DNA from: Schmidtea polychroa
Taxonomy: Eukaryota
Assembly (NCBI GenBank): GCA_044892525.1
Contig: CM097885.1
Coordinates: 41,170,001 to 41,234,000 of the forward strand
Direction: 5' to 3'
DNA: 64,000 nucleotides
Positions within the stretch are counted from its first letter, which is position 1; each line of letters starts with the position of its first letter. The notes under the pieces were generated by a model. That model had not been told where the DNA came from, did no database searches, and worked only from the letters and a program-made list of their open reading frames with translations. A program made the translations under genes and the position numbers. Below are positions 42,951 to 55,397 of the stretch, one piece after another.

Positions 42951-43499
42951 TTACATGTATATAGTATGATATTCATTAATCAGTGTTGAACAGGCTTGAC
43001 AATTGTGAACATTCTTCTCGTGACACTTAGAACAAACAATTACGTGACCACACGGTAAATACAAAACCGAAACTTGATTTTCTTTACAAATTGAACAAGT
43101 TAAATACCTTTTCTTAACATCGTTCAGTTTTTCCGTTAGCTTATTTTCAATCAAGTCGGCTTTTGCTATCCATTCATAAATCAATCTACTATATCCCGGT
43201 TTAAACCTTAAATACATACAACTCCAAAAGTATTCATTCAGTGAATCGTTGTTTACCACTGTTTTTTCTAAATACATTAAATAACTAGATAACTTTAAAA
43301 TGCATTTATCATAATTAAATAAATCAATCAAATATTCAATAGAGGAATGTTTAAAAATTTTTAAAATATTTATGATTTGCTTATCAGTGTAAGTTAAATT
43401 ATTTATAAAATCTTCAACTGTGTTGAAATATTTCAATGAACGCTTATCTTCGGAATAGGTTGGACTTAATATTTCCTTATTTCTAGTAGGATTTCCTTG
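42951..43499 (-). CDS. C-terminal C3HC4 RING protein of IAP/MDM2 type carried by the element
   Basis: CSICKENQVSVLYLPCGHVIVCSKCHEKNVHNCQACSTLINEYHTIYM* at the extreme C-terminus. The frame is open back to 43499. No BIR domain was recognised. Confidence 0.75.
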   Translation of the reverse strand, partial: QGNPTRNKEILSPTYSEDKRSLKYFNTVEDFINNLTYTDKQIINILKIFKHSSIEYLIDLFNYDKCILKLSSYLMYLEKTVVNNDSLNEYFWSCMYLRFKPGYSRLIYEWIAKADLIENKLTEKLNDVKKRYLTCSICKENQVSVLYLPCGHVIVCSKCHEKNVHNCQACSTLINEYHTIYM

Positions 43500-43878
43500 C
43501 TATAAATGACATATATAAAAATATTGACAAAATAATAAAGTTACCAAATGTGTTTTGTGATTTACACATTCATATTCATACTTGTAGAAATCTTCAGTAA
43601 TAAATAAATTTCTTAATAACTAAATTACTTTTGTTTTTACATTTATAACGATTGAGATAGCCAATCAAATTAGAGTTTTCAAAATGTAGAAATTGTAACC
43701 ATGGTTGAACCTTCAAATCTCTAAGTAATATCATATTGTATAACAATAATAATAAGCATGACTAGTACCCTTGCAACCTGTTGAGTGTGAGCATTACCCA
43801 TAGGGGGACAAAATATTTTGTCGGATAAACTCGGAGTATATAAATTAATACTAATACTAATAATAATAATAATAATAA

Positions 43879-43909
<31 letters not shown>

Positions 43910-44230
43910 AAGAAGAAGAAGAAGAAGAAGAAGAAGAAATTTGAAAATAATTTTGAAAATGATAATAATAATATTTTATAAATAAAATAAGAATTTTGAA
44001 GAAAATAATCATGAAAATATTGAAAATCGTGAAAAGTATGAAAATGTTAAAAATCATGAAAATATAGAAAATGATGAAAATGTTCCTGAAAATGTTGAAA
44101 GCGTTAAAAATTATGGAAATGTTCCTGAAAATAATCATGAAATATTGAAAATCGTAAATTGGTGCAGAAATTAAGTTTTATGAATATTTAAGTAAATAAT
44201 GATAATGAAACTTCTAAAATAAAATAATAA

Positions 44231-45151
<921 letters not shown>

Positions 45152-45171
45152 TAATAATCATAATCATAATC

Positions 45172-45249
<78 letters not shown>

Positions 45250-46559
45250 TTGATTAAAATTTTGAAAATAATAATAATAATTTTGAAAATAACATCTTCC
45301 GCGCGGGCGTTAATATCTTTCCCAATAATAATGATAAATTAAATAATTACATAATCGATAATTTAAACAAACTTAATCGATAATTAAAACAAAAAAATAA
45401 TATAATCAACGATTTAAACAAAATGAAATTATTATGTAATTGATAATTAAAACAAAAAATAATATAATCAACGATTTAAACAAAATTAAATTATTGCATA
45501 ATCGATAATTTAAACAAACGTAATCGATAATTGAAACAAAAAAAATAATATAATCAACGATTTAAACAAAATGAAATTATTTTGTAATTGATAATTGAAA
45601 CAAAAAAATAATATAATCAACGATTTAAACAAAATGAAATTATTTTGTAATTGATAATTAAAACAAAAAATATTATTATATAATTAACTATTTAAACAAA
45701 ATGAAATTATTAAGTAATCGATAATTAAAACAAAAATAAAATAATAATAATATGACCTTGAAAATAATAATATTTTGAAAAATAATAATATGACCTTGAA
45801 AAAAAAATAATATTTTGAAAATAATAATATGGCCTTGAAAATAATAATATTTTGAAAAATAATAATATTTTGAAAAATAATAATATGACCTTGAAAAAAT
45901 AAATGACCTTGAAAAAAAAATAATATTTTGAAAATAATAATATGACCTTGTGGTCCAGCGGGCACCTGGTCTAGCGGGCTCCCATCCATCTACTTCAGTT
46001 GAAAAAAACAAGGTGACGAGAAAATATTAATATTTAAACAACCTAAATTTTTTTTATTACATCAATAATGCTTTAAATAATAATTTCAATAATAATTTAA
46101 ATAATTTTAAAAACTTAATAAAATTAAATATAATTAAATGTGCATGTGTCAGGGACTACAGATATTAAAAAGAAATTATTTCATGCAAAACGTTTAAATA
46201 ATTATCAAAAGCAACGTTCATACCAACCACGACTTCATCAAAAAGATTAAAGTTCCTAGGAAAATCAGTTTACTTACTACAATTAACAAATTATATTGGC
46301 AGAGTAAACGAAAGACAGAATATTGTATTTTATACATGTTGAAAGAAGATCATATTAGACACAAATTTAGGTGTATAAAGTATAAATATGGTTAGATACA
46401 AGGACACTTGGATTATCAGTGTTTTCAATTCGAAACAAGGCAAAATTGGTTTCAAGAACAATGATTCGCCATTATTTTAACTGAATAATTAGCTAAATCC
46501 TCATTTTCTGTAAGAAATGAAAAAAAAGAGAATGAATCAAAAATACTTAATAAATAATT

Positions 46560-46926
46560 GGTGAATTATGAGGTTAATTCGCGCCTGTGTGCGCGTTGTA
46601 TTATGAGATGAGGTTTGTGTTTGTATGCGCACACAGACGCGATCAGTGTCATTTTTTTGGTGAATTATCATTTATGTCTCGCGCCTGTGTGCGCTTTTTA
46701 CTTTGACATTGGATTAATTTGTGTGCGCACACAGACGCGGACAATTGTGTGAGTTCAGATTTTGGATTTATAGTGGAGTTATTATTCGGTTTTGTATTGT
46801 GAATCTTCGTATCGATTTTGGATTTGTGTTTTGCTAGAATTTATGTAATTTTGAATTGATCGAGTTGTTTTTAAAAGATTTAGAATTTTCGAGATGGTTT
46901 TTTTTGGGAAAAAATAAATTTCGTTA
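46560..46926 (+). promoter_or_regulatory. Hairpin leader (two ~100-bp units) shared with 18399-18716
   Basis: tcgcgcctgtgtgcgc...gcgcacacagacgcg occurs twice (46579-46642, 46679-46740), followed by gattttggattt tracts and ATGGCT. Confidence 0.6.
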
Positions 46927-47574
46927 ATGGCTACGATTTCTTTAATGGCTTCGATTAATACAGATAATTACTATGATCATAAATGCAACAGGGACGTTCA
47001 CACATCTCAGGTTGGTAAATGTGTGACGTGCAATGATGAATTTATTGAAAGAATTGAATCTGATAACTCAATGGAAAATGATGATGATGCCTTGAATGTT
47101 TTTCATCTTATTCTTCATATTCCTGGTGGAAGTACTAAAAACGAAACTGATGGTTCCTTTTTTATTACTCCAAGAGATCCTGATAACAGAAATAGTGTTT
47201 TTGGCCAACTAATATCAAATTTATTTGGTGGATTGCTGCCGCTAGGGAATTACATATTTTCAGATCAAAGTTTCGACAATTTTGTAACGAGTATTATGAA
47301 TCAATTTGAACAGAGTGGTCCTCCACCAGCAAATGAGGCAGGTATTGAGAAATTACAAGTCAAGAAAATCACCGCAGCTAATGATACAGGTTCCATTTGT
47401 CTGTCAGATTATGAGGTGGCCGATGAACTGTATGAGTTGCCCTGTCAGCACAGATACCCTGTTCAGTGTCTAAAAACGTGGATGATTAAACATAATAATA
47501 AAATGTTAAAAGTAAACAGATCAAAGATGAACAAAATACTAATAATTTTAATGAAAAATCAATATGATCAATAA
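46927..47574 (+). pseudogene. Intronless RNF115/RNF126-like E3 ligase copy with degenerate RING-H2
   Basis: N-terminal YYDHKC...CVTCNDEFIE zinc ribbon, then GNYIF...QSGPPPA...IEKL and SICLSDY...LPCQHRYPVQCLKTW. Several zinc ligands are missing. Confidence 0.75.
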
Positions 47575-49396
47575 ATAAATATTATAAATAAATAAATATT
47601 AATAAACAAATAATAAATAAACAAATGACTCTCAACTTTTAGAAGCTGTGGGTTTTGGCGGGGCATCGGGAAAATATTATATGCAGGGATCCTTCCCATA
47701 AAGGACGAAATGATACATGAACATAATTTTACCATTTTATTTAATGAAATATTTATTTCTTCAATATATTCAATAATATACATACATAAACATAATTTTT
47801 TTATTCTAACTTCGAGGAGTGGTGTATATAAGCAACGCAAACATTGCTCTTTCACTGTACGCAACAGCTGCAGCAGACAAGGAGGAAATAGATGACATTG
47901 TCCGGCTGCAGTATAATTGTTTTCATTTGTTGTTATGGTATTAAATTTAGTAATAACAATATAATGTTTTCACAGAAATATTATATTTTTATAAAAATAA
48001 AATACAAATTATTGATGATTGATTTAACCCTTAAAAAATAACACTAAAGACCGACAGTATCCAGAGGACACTAATAACAGTAGTAAAAATGTTTTTATTT
48101 AAGCTTTTTTAAATTTTTGATTTAATTTTTGATTTAAATTATTACGTTATTCATTTAGTACAATTGATACTAATATGATACCTAAACTCGTATTTAAATT
48201 TTAAAATGTGTCCGATAGGCACTTTCGATCTTTGAAGGCTAAATTACAAACCGAGGGGAAGAAATAAAATGTATGTACAACAAGAAAAAATTATCCCTAA
48301 AATCATATATCAAAAAATAATATATCATAAATCAAAAAAAAGAACAAAATGCATCGAAGAGTTTGAACTGTACAATATTTTATTTTTTCAAATTGACTTT
48401 CAAATAAAATAATTATGATTATTTAAACAACGACAAAATATCACTAATAAAATTAGTTGAATATGGCCCAAGAGCTGAAATTAAACTAGTTAAACCTTTA
48501 AAAAGATGCAAATAGTGAAATAATCGGGTATTATTCACTCTTAAAAATTTATTTATCTTTGAAGTTCAGTGATTTGGATATTGTTTGATCCGGATGACTA
48601 CTTCTCCCAATAATCCTATAATTAAATGAACAGTTTTCTTTAATTACATACCCCATATAATCTATCATAATTCAAAATGAGTAAAGACCCTTTTAATTAG
48701 AATTACAATTCTGAGGAGTATTAAATAATAAAATCGGAATAAAATGTAAAACTTTCGTTTTCTTCAAACACCAGACTGTATTCAATGTTTCTTAAATTGA
48801 TTAATCGGATATTAAAATAATTTTATTTCATTAAAATCAGAATTTTCAAATTGTTATTAAAATTATAAGAAAGCGCCACCCAATCATTCTTTTTACGATA
48901 TATTTCGACAATTGTTCTGAAATTATCAGGTAGGATGTAATAACAATAGAAGAAAATTATTAATATTATTAATTATATCAAATTTTCAATAAAAAATATT
49001 TTATTCTGTACTCTATATAATAAACTATATAAGGTAGAGGTTATTTAGAGTAAGTTTCTATATAGGGTACTTTGCAAAAACCTAAGCGCAAAAGAAATGT
49101 AATTTATAGAGAGTATACTGTATAAATTAATAGTAATTTATAGTATCGATAATATATTTTTAGCTATAACCCGTTGAAAATGATGGCATAGTAAGACCTT
49201 TGGGAAAGAATTTTAAAAATTTAATATATTTTAATCTTAAAAATAAAGTTGAAAGAAGTGCCTAAATTTTAAAAGGTAATAATTTATTTTAATCATAAGT
49301 TCATTAATTAAAAGGTTTTTATATATGTACTATTATTAAACATTTATTTATAGTCTTATATCCATTAAGTAATATTAACTATTATTATTATTATTA

Positions 49397-49481
<85 letters not shown>

Positions 49482-49484
<3 letters not shown>

Positions 49485-49864
49485 ACAGTACAAGCTTTGT
49501 GATAACCAGTGCAAATCCCAATAGTAGACTAGTTTCGAGCTTTTGGCTCTCATCAGTACTATGCAGGAGACACGAAGATTTCTCTTCGCGCCAGGTAAGT
49601 ATACAATATTGTTGATTCAACTCTATTGCATACTTTCCCCGGTACACTGGAAATCACATCGCTTGCAAAATAGCTTGGTCACAGAAAAAATCTGTAAACT
49701 TGTAAACATGGCGTATGAAAAATCATAATCACCTCTGCGGACTAAAAAATTAGTCGATACACAGAAACTGTTTACAAGTGCATCCGATTACCTTTAGCAT
49801 TTTTAACTTATAAAGTAATGGTGTAAAATATTTTTGTCGGATGTCTCACTTGAATGAAATAAAC

Positions 49865-49865
<1 letters not shown>
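49482..49865 (-). mobile_element. Probable Penelope-like/retrozyme-type repeat fragment embedded in (ATT)n
   Basis: GC-richer island between two (ATT)n tracts that contains a minimal hammerhead. Confidence 0.55.
49521..49562 (-). ncRNA. Minimal type I hammerhead ribozyme
   Basis: AUAGUA-CUGAUGA-GAGC-CAAAA-GCUC-GAAA-CUAGUC-UACUAU: full core, 6-bp stem I, 4-bp stem II, palindromic ACUAGU stem III, GUC cleavage triplet. Confidence 0.88.
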
Positions 49866-49947
<82 letters not shown>

Positions 49948-52900
49948 GACAAAGTTAATATTTTGGCAAAAACAAATATTTTACAAAACCTCTTTTTTAT
50001 TGGATTGAGAAATGTTTGGCTGACTTAATAGAAAACTGTTTCAATCGCATTATATAATTTACTAAGACGAATCAACAAAATTCAAATATTATTATTATTA
50101 TTATTATTATTTTCTCATAATCTTCAAGATGATTTCAGAACTTTATTAATTTTTTCCGCTTGAATATTTTTTGCATAGTTCATGCTATGATTAAATTTCA
50201 GTCTCGTTTGAATTTTTTTATTTATTTCTGAGGATTAATTTTGATTTAAATTGAATTGAAACTAAAATAAAAATATATGTATTATTTATTTTAATTAAAT
50301 ATTTATAGAAAAATATAATTTCGCTTCAGGTTTCATTTTTCTAACAAAATATCAAATTTATTGACTTATTTAATAAATGATTTTATTTGTCATGTGAATT
50401 TTCTAAATTTAATTTAATTTTGTATAAAAATATTAATTTATTTAAAATATCTGAAATTTAAAGATATGATTGAAATTTCGCATGCTATATTTCATTGTAG
50501 AAAATATGAGTAAAGTTAATTTGTTATTGGCTTCATAGCCAGAGATTACCAACAGAAATCATATGACCCTCCAGGTGGTTCATGGCGGATAAAATAAGGT
50601 GAAATAAAGTTGATAAACAAGGATTTACTCCACTGCTAAAGAAACAAAATATTTTAAGCCAGTGGTTCTTTATTCCATAATATTTTTTTTAATTATTCTT
50701 TTTTTATTATATAATATATATTCCAGCTACTTTGAAGATTTTTTATGTATCCTTTTCAGCGGAAATATACCGGAATGTAAATATGTTGATGTTGAATCTT
50801 CCTTATTTTGAAAATTCCTCTAATTAATTCCCATGATTTATTATCAACAAACAATTTAATTTATGATTTTATATTAGAAAAGCTTTCTCAATTAACTCTA
50901 TTGTCAGTTTAAGTTCCTATTATTTATTGTTCTTTTCAAATATTTTATTGTTACTTATGTTACAAATAATTAATCATTAATATTTCCTTTATATATAATT
51001 TGACTGAATAATTTTGGGAATAATCATTTTAAATTACTTATTCGATATTTTAAATATCTTAAAAATCAAAATTCAAAGAATTATATAATTATAAATAGAT
51101 ATTATATTATCAAATAAAATTGAATTGATTCAAAATTTAATTAACGTTAATTCAAAATGAAACAATTAAAAATTTTATATTAAAATAAACATTCATATTA
51201 AATTTTATAATCCCATTTTTATATATTTTTAAAAATTTTATTGCACATTCACTTTCAAAATGAAATTGATTTTAAATATTATTTAGAATGGCATGTTAAA
51301 TGAAATTGGTTTTAATTTCATAAATTAATTTATAACAATTAAATAATTATTTATGTAAATTAAATAAATTTAATATTGTTTTGATTAATTTTGATACAAT
51401 TTATATATTTATAAGGTAATAAATATTGTATTTATTATATTAAAAAAATATTTTCAATTTAAGCTTTTCTTTCCAAGAACGAAAAGTTGACCTTGGATGT
51501 TATTTATTAAAATGGAAATGAGAGTTATTTTATTTTAATTTTAAGATTTTTAAATATATTTCAAATTTGTGTTTTAATGAATAAAATAAAAATTCGCTCT
51601 TTATTTTTAATTTAATTATAATCATATAAAATTAAAATTTGGTGTATATAATATCTGTTAAAGAAAAAATGTATTTTTTAAAATTTTTGAAAAAAGATAT
51701 TTTTTTCTTTTAGATAAATCTTCGTTTATGTTCAATTTTTAAATTTTAATAAATCGTTACGTTAATTTTTATTTCAAAACATAATATTCGAAAAAAATTA
51801 TTTTAGTTGTCATTTTATTAGCAATATTTTAACTGTTTCGATTCGGTTTTTTAATTTCAAATTTATAAATGTTATAAAATTGTATTTTCAACTATAAACA
51901 ATTTGTGAATTCTAATAAATTAAAAGATTGTATAAACTTGTAGCATTAGGATAAAATATCATTTATTTGGTCACTTATTTGCATGAAGTTATATATTATG
52001 AAAAATGTATTAATGTGGTATAGAATTGATTTTTAATCTTTTTTCAGAATGAAACTAAAACAAATATCATCAAAATTAAAAATGTCATATTTAGAATTTT
52101 TGTTTTAAATTCAAACTTTTAATTTTAAACTTTATCAATTTTTATGAAAATATTTTTTCGCTTTTTCGGCTTATCTTTATGTCAGATATTATCAAAGTTA
52201 ATCCATGATTTAGAGAATTTCCATTAATATTTCCGGAAACAAAACTCATTGAAAAGTAACGAAAGAAATATTAAAATATGTCATTTTGATTCGTTTTAAA
52301 TATTTTCTTTTTATGATTGATTTTATCCCATTTATTTCATTAAATGAAAAATATTTCTAAAGCAAATATGAATTATTTATTAATTTTGTAAAATATCTTC
52401 TTTTGTAAAAGAAAATTGTATTTTTGGAATGAATTTATGAAATTATGAAGTTTTTGTTTTGTTGAATAAAACAAAAAGTATAATCAAGCCGATTTTAATT
52501 TTCATTGCAAAATATTTTATGACAAAAAAACAAACAATAAAATATTTTTTCCGTTTTACCATTGATATATTTTACTTTTTCAATTTCTTTTATTTTGCTT
52601 TCAGACAATAAATTAATAATTTTTACAGATTAAATCATTTGACAAAAACAATATATTTTCTAGAATAAAAACAAATTCATACTATCATATTAATTATCAT
52701 ATTAAAACTAAAATCCAAATCGCAATCGGTTCCAAAAATGACAATGAACTTAGTTACACTACTTTATAAATAAGTTTTTCAATATAAAGAATGTTTTTAT
52801 CAAAGAAAATGTTGACTTTACAATTTTTATAACAATCTTTATAATCAGACCTGAAAATCAACTATATTATATATTTATTGGAAAGAGCTATTTACTATTC

Positions 52901-53142
52901 ATCCTTTCTACGCCTATTTAGCTACCAGTTACCTTACAAAAATCCTAATTATTATCCAGTATTATTTTGTTTGAATTTACATTCCTATTTGATAATAATT
53001 GAATTTCACGATCTCATGAAAGATTTTATATGTCTTTTTCTTCGTTTGAGATAACCTTTTGCATGAAATTAAATATCTTTACATATTTAAAAATAGTGAT
53101 AATATTTTTTTATCTACTTTTATAATGCATGCATAAAACGAG

Positions 53143-53187
<45 letters not shown>

Positions 53188-53337
53188 GATGGCAAATAAA
53201 TGGTAGATTAGAAAATATGTGGGTATAGATCGCGTGCTATATGCACGAAAATAAAAGAGATAAAGTTACGTACGGTAATAAAAATGAAAGAAATGAATTG
53301 TTTAAATTGAGAAAAAAATAAAAAATGAGGTAAAAAA

Positions 53338-55397
53338 AGTTATGTCCAACCCGCGACTTTTTTTTCTCTTTTTATTACAATGAAAATTGAAATAGCTCAA
53401 TCTATTTTTATATATTGCTTTACTTTTTTATTCAGAAAAAAGAAATAAATTTTATAAAATTTACTTTGAATATAAATTCATAGTTAGCATGGATAAATTG
53501 GTTACTATGATTACAAGGGAAATATTTCTCAAGAATTTAAGTTTTGTTTTAATCATTCCGTGTCTAGATTTTATAAAGTAAAGAAATTTATTATTATTTA
53601 AATTATAATTTATTATCGGGCATTTGTTTTGGCTGTGTATATACAAACAAATTCAAATATCACCGAGTAAATATTTTTTAGTTTCATTTTGGATTTATTT
53701 TAATTTTTTATTAAAGCCTTTCCTTTTATTATGTCTGATATGAAACGAAGAAAATTTGAATATGAAAACAAACAATTTCAAAGTGAATAGGAAAATGTTT
53801 AAAACGTCACTCTGCCTCAATATTAAAATACCACAATTTGAAACGACATTTTGCACAAAAACAAAATATTTATAAAAAATGTAATAAAAACAAACGAAAT
53901 GTGAAAGTCTCTCTGTAGAATGAAACATATTTCATAAACAAACAATTTATCAACTGTGTTGAGGATACCTAAATGATAAATGACATAATAAATAAATAAA
54001 TTACCAGGAGGGAAGATCGCCATGACAAACTGGACGATCTATGGGAACTCAGAAAAGAAAACGGAAGTAAAAAGAAATTAAAAATGAGAAAGATAAATCA
54101 AATTAAAGAAAACAAACAAGAAATTAAAACAAAGGTCATTGTTAATTAAGAAGTACAAATGAAGGTGGAATTTCAAATTCCAGGAAAACAAATTTGGGGA
54201 AAAAGCCGTATCTTGACAGCTTGTCAAAGATAGCAAAATTGTCGGGAGAAGGCAGCTTAATAAAAAAGGAAATGGAAAACAGAATCGGTGGCCAGTGCCA
54301 CAAATAAAACCGATTATATAAAGCAGAACAGTTGACCGAGAAAAGAGACCAAAAAGGAGAAAGAAAACAGAACAAAAAGTAGAGAAAAAATAGAACAAAA
54401 CTAGAGACAAAAAGTAGAGTAAATTTAGAGACGAAAAGAGTTAAAAGGAGAATCAAAAATAGAGTGAAATGAAACGTGACGAGAATCTTTTGTAAAATTA
54501 AATATAAAGTGGAAGTGGAGTAAATAAATTGTGTGGTCAAAGCAAATAGAACAATCGATCAACGTATACTGTAATTGAGTGGTTGACGGCTAGTGATTAT
54601 TGTTGTGATTACAGAAAGGGCTATTCTTCACGTAGTGTCGAAATTAGCTCTGTGTGATAAATTGGTTTATAGTTAATTGGTTGTAATTGAAATTTGTACA
54701 ATCCCGTGTGGATATTAATAAAGCTTATCCTATTCGAGAGTGTTGAATTGTGAATTAAAAAACACGCTTTGGAGTCAGAGTAAAAGTTTGAATTTACAAA
54801 TATTGTCACCAACTCAATAACCCAACAAATTCAATTGTTAATGCCAGCATGTAAATATTACATTATTGAAAAAATGAAACCTTTTTTGGATGATGAAGAC
54901 TTTAAGGACTGCCGTTTTGCTGCAGCTGAAGCACTTATGCCAAAGAAAGTTAAGATTTTCAGTCAAAAAAGCCTGTCACTGTATGACAAAGAATTGCTAA
55001 CATTTTAAATAATATTTGTTTTACAATGAACATGGTTTCTAAAGAGTTTGTTTATTTCTTATTGGCTTTGATGGACATCAGGTATTAAGGACACTAGTTG
55101 ACTTTCCATTTTTATTCAAGGTGTGAATAGTTAAATAATTATAACTAAAGTTTTTCAATGTTATGAGTTTGAAAGAAAAATATACTGGAAAAAATATACA
55201 AGAATAAATTACGGTGTGCAACGTTGAAAATACCTAAAGAAATTAATAAAAAAATTAACTGTTAAAATTGAAAATACAAGTTTCACCTTAAATGATATGG
55301 ATAATGTATTTTATAATAATGTTTTATAATAAATAAATATATCGACAGTATATTTTTTGTTTTGGCCCAATAACCAACGTCGGTTGGACAGCACTGA
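53338..55397 (+). mobile_element. Degenerate Buster/GTF2IRD2-like hAT element interrupted by an LTR
   Basis: HNLKRHF near 53832 and KPFLDDEDFKDC..AAAEAL at about 54875. Ends are tgtccaacccgcg (53343) and gttggacagcactg (55397). Confidence 0.6.
53957..54798. mobile_element. LTR copy of the 20362-21262 family, opposite orientation
   Basis: Starts tgttgaggatacctaaa and aligns with the reverse complement of the 20.4-21.3 kb copy. One end is eroded and no TSD was seen. Confidence 0.8.

Noticed and set aside
47680..47720. Possible hammerhead (tcctt...aagga-cgaaa)
   Set aside because: No CUGANGA and no stem I.
54078..54812. Phe/Leu-rich ORFs resembling membrane proteins (also 39205, 43857)
   Set aside because: They derive from T-rich strands of LTR and TIR repeats.
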